From an uncultured Acidobacteriota bacterium (GTDB taxonomy: Bacteria > Acidobacteriota > Thermoanaerobaculia > UBA5066 > Gp7-AA6), in the NCBI GenBank assembly GCA_963765835.1, contig CAVXYF010000002.1, positions 32,401-96,400 of the forward strand: a stretch of 64,000 bases of DNA. The letters run 5' to 3'. The notes below the pieces were generated by a model. The model did not search any database. It was not told the DNA's origin and worked only from the letters and a program-made list of their open reading frames with translations. The translations under genes were made by a program, and so were the position numbers. Positions 1 to 8,861 of the stretch are shown here, piece after piece (the first letter of the stretch is position 1; the number at the start of each line of letters is the position of its first letter).

Positions 1-185
1 GCGGAGTACTTCTCCCCGCGAACGCGAACGATCTGGCCGCGCCGTTCGAGCGACTCGAGCTGCTCCTGAAGGGAGTCTTCCTCCGCTTCCGAGACGCCGA
101 TCTTTCGGGCGAGCTCCCGAAACGAGAGGATTCGCAGGCCTTTTTCGCGAAGCCGAGCGAGGATTTCCGAGTCCCGAGGCAACAC
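1..185 (-). CDS. Partial CDS running off the window edge (only 61 aa visible); the N-terminal winged-HTH region resembles ribonuclease R (VacB)
   Basis: Reverse-strand translation from GTG at 185 gives VLPRDSEILARLREKGLRILSFRELARKIGVSEAEEDSLQEQLESLERRGQIVRVRGEKYS, which resembles the RNase R N-terminal HTH region. There is no stop before the window edge. Confidence 0.4.
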   Translation of the reverse strand, partial: MLPRDSEILARLREKGLRILSFRELARKIGVSEAEEDSLQEQLESLERRGQIVRVRGEKYS

Positions 186-281
186 GCGCGCAGTGTATCC
201 GAGGCTTTCGCGAGGACTTCCGCGATGCGTTCACGTCCCGTTCGCGAGAAGGCGAAGCGATCGGAACTTAATGCGAAACGG

Positions 282-2129
282 TCAGACGGCGCACTCCCCT
301 TCCTTCGTCTCGACCCGGTACTCGCGATCCTCGCCGAGATCCACGAAGTCGTTTGCACTCGCGTTCTCCGGCGTGAGGTCCGCGAAGTCGGCCAGGACCT
401 CCTTCACGCGGTCGAGCCCGACGTGGCCGAAGAACGCCGTCGCGGTCTCTCCCTCGGAACGCTCCACCTCGTAGAGAGCGAGGAGCCGATCCAGTGCGTC
501 CGTCATCCTGCGGGCCGGAATCCTCGCGGCGACCCGCCCGAATCGCGCCCCCTTTTCGTCTACGCCGCCACCCACCAGGACCAGGTACTGCGGAACGACC
601 TTGTCGCCGAGTCGTCGCGTGCTGCCCTGGAACCCGATCCCGGCGATGTGGTGCCGGCCGCAGCCGTTGGGGCAACCGCTGATCTTGATCTGGAGGTCGG
701 AAGCCGCGGCGACCAGCTCGGGGCGGGAACGGAGGTGCTCTCCGAGCAACCGGCCGAGTCCGCGCGACTGTGTCACCGCGAGCCGGCAGGATTCGGCGCC
801 CGGGCAGCTCGTGACGTCCGCGATGGTGCCGGCGTCGGGCAGCCCAAGCCCGCTCGCGGCCAGCCGGCGATAGAGGTCCGGGACGTCTTCGGTGCTCACC
901 CAGCGGAGCAGCAGGTCCTGCTCGGCGCTGACGCACACGGAACCGTCGCCGTAGGCGAGCGCGAGATCGGCGAGGATCCGCATCTGCGCGCCGGTCAGGT
1001 CTCCGAGGGGTACGGTGACCGTGGCGATGACGTAACCCGCCTGCTTCTGCGGCCGGACGTTCGTCCGCTTCCAGTGAGAGAAGTCGCCGTTCATCGCGGG
1101 CAGGAAACCTTGATACACGGGCAGGATGCCGGGACCCCGCGTCTCGGATGCCAGGGCGCGAGCTCGAGCCGCCGCCACGGATGGCGGAGCCGGTCGCTCC
1201 CACGCCGGGGCCTCTTCGGACGGCGGCCGCTCCGGATCGAACGGGAGCTGCGCTCCTCCCTCCTCCCGGAATGCGGCGAACGCGCTCTCGAACTCCTGCC
1301 GCCACTTCTCCCAGCCGAGCTCCTTCAGGAGGAACTTCATCCGGTTGCGATTCCGATGTTCGCGATCGCCCATCCGGTGGAAAACGCGCAGAACAGCTTC
1401 TGCGACGTTCAGCACGTCCTCGGCGGGCAGGAAGTCGTACAGCACCGATCCGGCGCGGCAGAGGTTTGCCGTTCCGCCTCCCACGGTGACGCGGAAGCCG
1501 CGGCGCTTCTGGCCATCCACTTCCTGGACGCGTGCCAGCCATCCGATGTCGTGAATCGGGGTCAGGGCGTGGTCTTCCGAACAGCCCTCCCACGCGATCT
1601 TGAATTTCCGCGGCAGCGAAGCGGAGAGCGGGTGGCGCAGCAGGTACCGCGTGAGCGCTTCCGCGTAGGGAAGGACGTCGAAGACTTCGTCCGCGCCCAC
1701 GCCCGCGTAGGGGCAGGCCGTGATGTTGCGCACCGAGTTTCCGCAGGCCTCGCGGGTCGTCAGGCCGGCGTCCCCCAGCCGGCGCATCGCGAGCTCGACG
1801 TCGTGCAGTTTCATGAAGTGGAACTGGATGTTCTGACGCGTCGTGATGTGACCAAATCCGCGCGAGTACTGCTCGGCCACGTCGGCGAAGGCGATCAGCT
1901 GGTCCGCGGAGAGCAACCCCTGCGGGATCTTGACCCGGAGCATCTGATAGTCGCCGTCCTGCCTCTGGCTGTAGGTCCCGCGCACGAGGCGGAACGCCCG
2001 CCACTCGTCGGGGGTAATTTCTCCCCGCTCGAACTTCCCGACGACCGCCACGAACTCATCGATCTCGGCCTCGTTGGCGAACGAGAGGCGGGACCTGCCC
2101 AGCGTTTTTGGATCGTCTACCGCGACCAC
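282..2129 (-). CDS. sir: Ferredoxin-dependent sulfite/nitrite reductase haemoprotein (NirA/Sir family)
   Basis: 615-aa ORF with nitrite/sulfite reductase ferredoxin-like and sirohaem Fe-S signatures (CGNSVRNITACP, TSCPGAESC, ISGCPNGCG). It sits in the sulfate-assimilation operon. Confidence 0.9.
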   Translation of the reverse strand: MVAVDDPKTLGRSRLSFANEAEIDEFVAVVGKFERGEITPDEWRAFRLVRGTYSQRQDGDYQMLRVKIPQGLLSADQLIAFADVAEQYSRGFGHITTRQNIQFHFMKLHDVELAMRRLGDAGLTTREACGNSVRNITACPYAGVGADEVFDVLPYAEALTRYLLRHPLSASLPRKFKIAWEGCSEDHALTPIHDIGWLARVQEVDGQKRRGFRVTVGGGTANLCRAGSVLYDFLPAEDVLNVAEAVLRVFHRMGDREHRNRNRMKFLLKELGWEKWRQEFESAFAAFREEGGAQLPFDPERPPSEEAPAWERPAPPSVAAARARALASETRGPGILPVYQGFLPAMNGDFSHWKRTNVRPQKQAGYVIATVTVPLGDLTGAQMRILADLALAYGDGSVCVSAEQDLLLRWVSTEDVPDLYRRLAASGLGLPDAGTIADVTSCPGAESCRLAVTQSRGLGRLLGEHLRSRPELVAAASDLQIKISGCPNGCGRHHIAGIGFQGSTRRLGDKVVPQYLVLVGGGVDEKGARFGRVAARIPARRMTDALDRLLALYEVERSEGETATAFFGHVGLDRVKEVLADFADLTPENASANDFVDLGEDREYRVETKEGECAV

Positions 2130-2908
2130 GAGATGCTCCTTTCCCCGGTGGGTCTGATCCCGAAGGGGTCAGATCCACATTCCAACCGTTGGAGGCTCAA
2201 TGCAACCGAGACGACGTCGCCGATCACGAGCGTGCCGGGCGCGTCGCTCTCCTCCGGGATCGGCGCGCGGCCCAGGTCTTTCAGCAAGCCCGTCCAGAGG
2301 TACGAGTCGGGTGTCGAAGCGCCCAGGACGATCGCCGCGGGAGTGCCCGCGGGCCACCCCCGCGCGAGAAGGAATTCGGCCACGCCGGCGCGCGTCGAGA
2401 GACCCATGAGGACGACGAGCGTCAGCGAGCCCGGGGCGATCGACTCCAGGATGGGACCGTACGTCCCCTCGGCGTGCCCGGACACGACCGCGAATCCGGA
2501 GGCGAGGCCCCGATGCGTCACGGGGATCCCCGCGAGCGCCGGCGCCGCCAGCGCGGAGGAAATCCCGGGCACGACCTCGAATGGAATTCCGGCCGCGGCG
2601 AGGGCGAGCGCTTCCTCGCCGCCCCTGCCGAGCAGGAAGGGGTCGCCGCACTTCAACCGCACGACCCGCTGCCCCTTTCGGGCCGCGCGGATCATGAGCC
2701 AGTGAATCGTCTCCTGCTTCATCGCCGGGCGCCGCGCGCGCTTGCCCACGAAGAACCGCCGTGCGGTCGGAGCGAGGTCGAGCGCCTCGCTGGATACGAG
2801 GGCGTCGTAGAGAACGAGGTCCGCCTCCGCGAGACGGCGGGCCGCCTTCCTCGTCAGGAGGTCGGGGTCCCCCGGACCCGCCCCGACGAGAGAGACGAAG
2901 CCGCTCAC
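2117..2908 (-). CDS. cobA: Uroporphyrinogen-III C-methyltransferase (SUMT; the CysG C-terminal domain)
   Basis: VSLVGAGPGDPDLLT...GDPFLLGRGGEE...VVPGISS motifs. The ORF-track entry is over-extended at its 5' end. A GTG at 2908 overlaps the stop of the upstream gene in a GTGA junction. Confidence 0.85.
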   Translation of the reverse strand: MSGFVSLVGAGPGDPDLLTRKAARRLAEADLVLYDALVSSEALDLAPTARRFFVGKRARRPAMKQETIHWLMIRAARKGQRVVRLKCGDPFLLGRGGEEALALAAAGIPFEVVPGISSALAAPALAGIPVTHRGLASGFAVVSGHAEGTYGPILESIAPGSLTLVVLMGLSTRAGVAEFLLARGWPAGTPAAIVLGASTPDSYLWTGLLKDLGRAPIPEESDAPGTLVIGDVVSVALSLQRLECGSDPFGIRPTGERSISWSR

Positions 2909-3480
2909 TGCGTCCTCTCCGCGTAGAGCCGGTTGATCGCCGCGAGAAGGAGCGGGCGACGTTCCTCCATGGGAATTCCGTTGGCGCGCCACAGCCGGGC
3001 CTCGCCCCGCGAGAGCTCCAGCCACGCCCCGATGTCGTCCGGGACGAGCACCTCGAGACCCTCCCGCAGAAGTCCCGCGAGTGCGGGGGCTTCTCCGTTC
3101 GTGGAGATGGCCACGGTCAGGCTCCCGCGCCGGAAGACGCCGCCGGCGTACGCGCTGGCGCTCGCGGGGTCGTCCACGGCGTTGACGAAGATGCGCCGCT
3201 CCTCCGCGGCCTCCGCCACCTGTCGGTTGGCGGCGGACGTTGCCGCGGCGACCGCGAACCACGCGCCGTCGAGGTCGCCCGCCTCGAACTCCCGCTGGAG
3301 GATCGTCACGCCTTCCCGTTTCAGCTCGGGCCGGATATCGGGTGCGACGACCGTCACCTGTGCGCCGGCCCGGAGCAGGCCCTCGAGCTTGGTCGCCGCG
3401 ACGCGGCCGCCGCCCACGAGCAGCACGGGCTTACCCGCGAGGCGGAGGAAGATCGGGAAAACCGGCGCCCCGGGCGTCAT
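2905..3480 (-). CDS. Precorrin-2 dehydrogenase / sirohydrochlorin ferrochelatase (the CysG N-terminal domain, SirC/Met8-like)
   Basis: [36 protein letters not shown]... is an NAD-binding Rossmann segment typical of the siroheme synthase N-domain. The start lies inside the 457-aa ORF of the track, and ATGA overlaps the sat stop. Confidence 0.8.
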   Translation of the reverse strand: MTPGAPVFPIFLRLAGKPVLLVGGGRVAATKLEGLLRAGAQVTVVAPDIRPELKREGVTILQREFEAGDLDGAWFAVAAATSAANRQVAEAAEERRIFVNAVDDPASASAYAGGVFRRGSLTVAISTNGEAPALAGLLREGLEVLVPDDIGAWLELSRGEARLWRANGIPMEERRPLLLAAINRLYAERTQ

Positions 3481-5291
3481 GCGGTTGCCGCGATCGCCGG
3501 AGCGGCTTGTGGCTCCACGAGGCCGCGGTCGTTGAGCGCCGCCAGGATCCTCGCCAGACTCTCCTCCACCGTTTCCTGATCCGTCTCCACGACCACGTCC
3601 GGATACTCCGGCGGCTCGTACGGATCCGAGATCCCGGTGAAGTGCTCGATCGTCCCGGCAATTGCCTTCTTGTAGAGCCCCTTCACGTCGCGCTCGATCA
3701 GTGCGTCGAGAGGGGCGTGGGCGTAGACCTCGAAAAAGGGAATTCCCTCCTTGACCGCCAGGCGGTGGACCTCCCGCCGGGTTTCCCGATAGGGAGAGAT
3801 CGCGGCGGCGATCGCCGCGACTCCATTCCGGGCGAGGACCCGGGCGACGTACCCGATCCGGCGGACGTTGGTGTCGCGGTCCTCCCGGGAAAAGCCGAGC
3901 CCCGCCGAGAGGTAAGTGCGGATCTCGTCGCCGTCCAGGATCTCGACGGGACGCTCCCCCGAGAGGCGCGCCTGCAGGGCCGTGGCAAGGGTGCTCTTCC
4001 CCGCCCCGGAGAGGCCCGTGAACCAGAGGATGAAGCCTTCCCCGGACGATCCTCCGGAAACTCGGGGCGGCAGCGCGGCCGCGACGGAGAGCGAGGCGGG
4101 CGACTTCCCGTGGCCGTTTCCGTTCCCGTTTCCGTGACCGTTCCCGCGATAGTGGTCGCGCAGGATCGTCGCGATCTCGGGGCGAGTGAACTCCCGCGGA
4201 AGGTCTCCGCCGCTCTCCAGCAACTCGCGCACGCGCGTGCCGGACAGCTCCAGCCGGTGCGATGCATCGTGCGGGCACGTCCGCGCGGAGGCGGTCGAGT
4301 CGCAGGCCTGGCAGAAAAACGCGGCGTCGAGCTTCATCGGAGTGATGCCGATCTCGGACGGAAGAAATCGGTCGAAGATCGCCTGCGCCTCGAGGGGCGC
4401 GTAGAACTTACCGACGCCGGCGTGATCCCGGCCCACGATGAAGTGAGTCATCCCGTAGTTCTTGCGCGTCAGCGCGTGGTAGATGGCCTCGCGAGGGCCG
4501 GCGTAGCGCATCGCGGCGGGAAAGGCGGCGAGGACCGTCCGCTCCCGCGGGTAGTAGTTCTCGACGAGCGTCTCGTAGGCCCGGAACCGGACGTCCGCCG
4601 TGATGTCTCCACCCTTCGTTTCGCCGATCAGCGGGTGGATGACGAGTCCGTCGGTCACCTCCAGGGCGAGCTTCGTCAGGTGCTCGTGAGCGCGGTGGAT
4701 CGGGTTGCGGGTCTGGAAGCCGACCGCGGTCCGCCAGCCGCGCGCCGCGATCTCCGACCGCAGCTCCCTGGGGGTCAGCCGGCGCGCCGAGAACGGAAGG
4801 TCCTCCGGGAGGGGAAGAACGCGAACAGGTCCGCCGACGAGCCGGCGCGGACGCGACAGGAGATAGGCGACGCCGGGGTGCGAGGGGTCTCCGGTGCCGT
4901 ACACGGCGAGAGCCTCGGCGAGCGGGTCGCGTTCGTAGATCTCGGTCACTTCGATCGTTCCCCAGAGGCGGCCTCCGCCGAAGAGGGCGGCCGCGGCGCC
5001 GGGGACGAGGGACGAATCCTCCTCCGTTAGACAGAGCGTGATCGGAAGCGGCCACACGGTGCCGTTGGCCAGGCGCATGTCGCGGGTCACGCTTTCGTAG
5101 TCCGCGAACCCGAGAAATCCGGTGAGAGGACTGGAGGCTCCCGTCGCGATCATTTCGAGATCCGCGGTTTCCCGCGCATCCAGGTCGATCCGCGGAAGAA
5201 ACAGCGCGCGCTCCCGAAACTCTCCGGCCTCGGAGGGCGTGACGAAACGATCGACGAGAACGCCGCCGTGCGGCTCAACCAAGGCGGGCAT
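3477..5291 (-). CDS. sat: Bifunctional sulfate adenylyltransferase (ATP sulfurylase) fused to adenylylsulfate kinase
   Basis: The N-terminal two-thirds matches Sat ([19 protein letters not shown]). The C-terminal ~180 aa is an APS kinase with a P-loop ([13 protein letters not shown]). The two halves are joined by a [13 protein letters not shown] linker. Confidence 0.9.
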   Translation of the reverse strand: MPALVEPHGGVLVDRFVTPSEAGEFRERALFLPRIDLDARETADLEMIATGASSPLTGFLGFADYESVTRDMRLANGTVWPLPITLCLTEEDSSLVPGAAAALFGGGRLWGTIEVTEIYERDPLAEALAVYGTGDPSHPGVAYLLSRPRRLVGGPVRVLPLPEDLPFSARRLTPRELRSEIAARGWRTAVGFQTRNPIHRAHEHLTKLALEVTDGLVIHPLIGETKGGDITADVRFRAYETLVENYYPRERTVLAAFPAAMRYAGPREAIYHALTRKNYGMTHFIVGRDHAGVGKFYAPLEAQAIFDRFLPSEIGITPMKLDAAFFCQACDSTASARTCPHDASHRLELSGTRVRELLESGGDLPREFTRPEIATILRDHYRGNGHGNGNGNGHGKSPASLSVAAALPPRVSGGSSGEGFILWFTGLSGAGKSTLATALQARLSGERPVEILDGDEIRTYLSAGLGFSREDRDTNVRRIGYVARVLARNGVAAIAAAISPYRETRREVHRLAVKEGIPFFEVYAHAPLDALIERDVKGLYKKAIAGTIEHFTGISDPYEPPEYPDVVVETDQETVEESLARILAALNDRGLVEPQAAPAIAATA

Positions 5292-6045
5292 TACCGGGCC
5301 TCTCTTTCCTCAATGGAGTGAGCTGGGACCGCTCGGAGCGCGAGTGAATCCCGCACTCCTTTCTCTCGAGGCCCCGCCAGCGGCCGGCGCGCGGGTCCTC
5401 TCCCGGAAAGACCGGGCTCGTGCAGGGCAGGCAACCGATACTCGGATATCCGCGCTCGTGAAGCGGGTTGAACGGGACGTCGTTCGCGCGGACGTAGGTC
5501 CAGACATCGGCGCTGGTCCAGAGAGCCAGTGGGCTCACCTTCACCAGCGCGAACTTCGCGTCCCACTCCACGACGCCGGTGGTGGAGCGTTCGCGGGTCT
5601 GATCCCGGCGAATGGCGCTCACCCACGCGTCGAAGTTCGCCAGCTGTGCGCGCAGCGGAACGACTTTGCGCATGCCGCAGCACAGGTCCGGCGCGCGCTC
5701 CCAGAGACGGTCCCCGAATTCCGCGCCCTGTTCCTCGACGCTCCGCTCGGGGCGGACCGCCCGGATCGTCAACTTGTAGCGCTCCTCCAGCCGGCGCCAG
5801 AGCTCGACGGTCTCGGGGAACAGGAGTCCCGTATCCAGCGTGAACAGGTCGACCGGCAGAGAGTTGCGGGCGATGACGTCGATCAACGCGCAACCCTCGA
5901 CGCCGAATCCCGTAGCGAACGTGATGCGGGGAAACCTCTCAACCGCGAGCGCGAGGATCTCGTGCGGCGCCCGTCCGGCGAGCGCGACGCTCAGCCGCTG
6001 GAGCTCACGACTCTCCGTTGGAATTGCTTCGACCGCGCTCTTCAT
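5275..6045 (-). CDS. cysH: Phosphoadenosine-phosphosulfate / adenylylsulfate reductase (thioredoxin-dependent, with the Fe-S-type Cys-Cys and CxxC motifs)
   Basis: PAPS-reductase-fold motifs, plus CCGMRKV and SIGCLPCT...ECGIH cysteine pairs typical of APS-type reductases. The start was chosen at MKSAV (6045), because the alternative ATG at 6084 lies inside the terminator T-run. Confidence 0.85.
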   Translation of the reverse strand: MKSAVEAIPTESRELQRLSVALAGRAPHEILALAVERFPRITFATGFGVEGCALIDVIARNSLPVDLFTLDTGLLFPETVELWRRLEERYKLTIRAVRPERSVEEQGAEFGDRLWERAPDLCCGMRKVVPLRAQLANFDAWVSAIRRDQTRERSTTGVVEWDAKFALVKVSPLALWTSADVWTYVRANDVPFNPLHERGYPSIGCLPCTSPVFPGEDPRAGRWRGLERKECGIHSRSERSQLTPLRKERPGNARLG

Positions 6046-6070
6046 TCCGCCTTGTCTCCAGTTCTCCGTG

Positions 6071-6113
6071 CGCCCAAAAAACAAAAAGGCCCGAGAGGTT
6101 TCCCCCCCGGGCC
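6071..6113 (-). terminator. Rho-independent terminator (GC stem-loop plus U-run) on the minus strand, ending 26 nt before the cysH start
   Basis: Minus strand reads GGCCCGGGGGGGAAACCTCTCGGGCC followed by TTTTTGTTTTTT. This is an 11-bp stem with two G-U pairs. Confidence 0.6.
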
Positions 6114-6352
6114 ATCGATCGACTTTGTTTGACGAGTTAGAAGTTGAACACTCGGAACGCAGCGTGACCGCGGCCGGAGGAGATCCGACGACAACAACAA
6201 CAAGCGGTCAATCTGGCGTTCACTGCGGCTTCATGGTCGCAAGCGGACGACTCGCTGTCAACCTATCCATTGGTCGGATCTTTCCTGCCGGGGACGAGAG
6301 CCCCATACCGGACGCCGAAACAGGTTTTCGAGGAGCTGGAACGTGACGCCGG

Positions 6353-8731
6353 TCACCGGATCCGGCTGGACAGGGCGCGCAGACGCTCCGTCAGCATGAG
6401 CAGCAGCGAGCGCGAAACGCGTTCCCGCGAGAGAAGGCGGTCCCGGAACGCCTGGGCTGGAATTCGCAGGACGCGAAGCGAACCGCCCCGGGGCCGGACC
6501 GTGGCGCTGCGCGGGCTGCCATCGATGAGCGACAGCTCCCCCACGATCTCGCCCGGACCGAGGACCGCAATCGCGTTCTCGCCGCCGTGCACGACCACGG
6601 TCGCGTTCCCCGCGAGGATGATGAAGAGATCCCCGGAGTCCGGCCGATCCTCTTCGCACAGCGCCTGGTCCGGTGGGATCTCCTCTTCGCGGGTCAGCTC
6701 GGCCAGGTCGAGAAGATCCCGCGGTTCGAGATCTGCGAACAGCGGGACGCCCCGCAGGAACTGCATGCGCGAGATGCGGGTCCGTCCCCGGAACCGCCCG
6801 ACCCGGGCGGCACGGTCTGCGTCGTCTTCCGGGACGAGCGCGGCTGCCGCCGCTTCCGTGACCAAAGGATCGCCGTCGTTTCTCGCCGCTTCGAGAATCT
6901 CGGGGGCCCCCGGCGTCGTCATGCTCAGGCTCCACACCGCGGCCGCCCGGACGAACGAATCGGGGTCCTTTACCAGCCGCGTCAGCGTCTCCCGGATCGC
7001 CTCGCCATCGGTGCGAATAGCGGGGACGGGCGGCTCCGGTACGAACCTCTCGATCAGAGGGAGCAGCTCTCGGGCATCCGGGGACGCGTCGGCCAGGTCC
7101 CGGAAGAGTCCGCGCCGTGTTTCGATCTCGCGACTCTGCAGTCCCGGACGGAGAGCGTCGATCCGAGCGCGGTCGCCGACGGTCCCGAGGAGGTCGAAGA
7201 CACGTCCGAGCGACGCCTCCTCGGCACCGGCGAGAAGGAAGCCGAGCAGCTGAACGCTCTCGTCGGTCGCTTCGATCGCCGCCAGCGTTTCGCGGTCCCC
7301 GCGGCGGACGAGGGCTTCGACCAGCTCGCGCCGCGCGCGATCGAGAAGCGGGCTGGAGGCGCTGCGCATCCGCTCGACGATCGTGGCGTGGTCTTCCAGG
7401 GTGACGCCGAACTCCTGCCGAAGGAGTTCGATCTCGGCCAACGATGCCGACCGCGCGAGCGCTTCGGTGAGAGCGGCGCTGTAGGTCTCGAGTTGCAGTC
7501 GCTCTTCCACGGTAACAAAGCGGCCGGAAGCGAGCAGGCGTCGCTCGTCTTCGGAGAGACGAAGGAGGGTCCGCTCGTGCTCTCGCGGCGTGATGCCGAA
7601 CTGCTTGCGGATCTCGGCGAGCATCCGCGCCTCGCTCTCATCGACGATTCCGTCGGCGACAACGTCGCGCAGCGTCTGCGCGTATCCAGAAAAGAGTTGA
7701 TCGCGGGCCTGCTCGCTCGCCTGCGCACGCGCGTAGGCTTCCACAGGATCCGAGGGCGGTCTCCCCTCGAACGGCCAGTTCTTGAGGAGGCGGACCGCTC
7801 CCCTCTCGCGGACGTAGGTCTCGCGGCGGCGCCCCCAGCGACGGACGAGCACGAGGGCGCCGATGGCCGGCGCAGCAAAGGCGAAGGCGCGAGTCGCTCC
7901 CGGGATCCGGCGGAGCGTGGGCGCGCCTGCGTAAACGTAGAACACGCTGAACGCCGTGAACGAGGCGAGCGACAGGACCAGGTGCCGGCGCCGGTCGAAC
8001 CCGGGAAGGAACCGCTTCAGGCCGACCTCGAGCCCGCGGAACAAAACGTAGCTCAGGAGCGCACAGACCGTGAGCGTCAACGCGGCGGCCGCGATCGCCG
8101 GGACGCCGGAGGCGAAGAAGAATCCGGGACCGAAGGCGAGGCCGGCATCGGCCGCCTGCCGCGTCCACCGCCCGTCGAAGTAGGCCTCCCAGTCACCCAC
8201 CCGCAACCAGAAGTAGAGGTAGAAGGCGAACACCAGGCCCGGAAAAGCGTAGGTGGCGAGGCGCCGGCCCCGCTCGGTCAACTCGTGCCAGTAGTTGTTC
8301 TCCTGGTCGATGTCGGGACACGACCTCTTGCAGGCGGTACAGCGCTCGCACTGGGAGTTCGCATCGGAGCGGACGGGGGACGACGGATCGGTATAGATCC
8401 TTTCGACGACCCCCACTGGACAAATGAAGTTGCACCACGTCTTGCCCGTGAAGAACGTGTTGGTGGCGAAGGCGGCGAGCGCGAGGCCGATCAGCAGCCC
8501 CGAGATCCACCGGCCGTCGCCGTTGGTCGCCACGTGCCGGAGGACGAGCATCGCCCCGAGAAAGACGAATGGGACCACCATGTGGCCCCGCTCGAGCCAC
8601 TCCGGAACCCGGCGCTGGGTGGGGCGCGGCAGCGTGCGACCGATCTCCCCGAAAGCTGCGAGCGGACAGATCGCGCGCCAGGGATAGAAGCCCGCGAGGA
8701 CGATGAACAGAACCAACAGCGGCAGCAGCAC
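6353..8731 (-). CDS. Multidomain membrane protein: N-terminal polyferredoxin-like 4Fe-4S membrane domain (COG0348, NapH/NosR-like), a TerB-like segment, HEAT repeats, and a C-terminal cyclic-nucleotide-binding (CAP-type) domain
   Basis: Several hydrophobic helices are followed by WCNFICPVG and CERCTACKRSCP. There is a VADGIVDESEARMLAEIRKQFGI (TerB-like ADG motif), then HEAT/PBS-lyase-like repeats (VRAAAVWSLS...). The C-terminus carries RGVPLFADL...GPGEIVGELSLIDGSPRSATV, a cNMP-binding domain with no HTH after it. Confidence 0.75.
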   Translation of the reverse strand: MLLPLLVLFIVLAGFYPWRAICPLAAFGEIGRTLPRPTQRRVPEWLERGHMVVPFVFLGAMLVLRHVATNGDGRWISGLLIGLALAAFATNTFFTGKTWCNFICPVGVVERIYTDPSSPVRSDANSQCERCTACKRSCPDIDQENNYWHELTERGRRLATYAFPGLVFAFYLYFWLRVGDWEAYFDGRWTRQAADAGLAFGPGFFFASGVPAIAAAALTLTVCALLSYVLFRGLEVGLKRFLPGFDRRRHLVLSLASFTAFSVFYVYAGAPTLRRIPGATRAFAFAAPAIGALVLVRRWGRRRETYVRERGAVRLLKNWPFEGRPPSDPVEAYARAQASEQARDQLFSGYAQTLRDVVADGIVDESEARMLAEIRKQFGITPREHERTLLRLSEDERRLLASGRFVTVEERLQLETYSAALTEALARSASLAEIELLRQEFGVTLEDHATIVERMRSASSPLLDRARRELVEALVRRGDRETLAAIEATDESVQLLGFLLAGAEEASLGRVFDLLGTVGDRARIDALRPGLQSREIETRRGLFRDLADASPDARELLPLIERFVPEPPVPAIRTDGEAIRETLTRLVKDPDSFVRAAAVWSLSMTTPGAPEILEAARNDGDPLVTEAAAAALVPEDDADRAARVGRFRGRTRISRMQFLRGVPLFADLEPRDLLDLAELTREEEIPPDQALCEEDRPDSGDLFIILAGNATVVVHGGENAIAVLGPGEIVGELSLIDGSPRSATVRPRGGSLRVLRIPAQAFRDRLLSRERVSRSLLLMLTERLRALSSRIR

Positions 8732-8861
8732 TGTCCAGAAGAGACGGGGCTGCCAGGGAATGAGGAAGCCGGCCGCGATGAACGCCAGGTAGCCAGCGAC
8801 GAGGAGGAGCCGGGCCGCTTTCCGGCGCGGCGCGGCCGAAAGGAAACCGTCGAGCTTCAGC

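Noticed and set aside
225-2705. Long ORFs of 826 aa (+) and 578 aa (-) overlapping the sulfite reductase gene
   Set aside because: These are shadow ORFs typical of ~70% GC DNA. Their translations are Arg/Pro/Gly-rich low complexity, whereas the 282-2129 (-) frame gives clear NirA/Sir motifs.
6114-6352. SAM riboswitch or T-box in the cysH leader
   Set aside because: I could not find the SAM-I (GAGGGA...GGUGC), SAM-II or T-box (AGGGUGG.ACCGCG) consensus blocks by eye on either strand. Only the terminator-proximity observation is reported.
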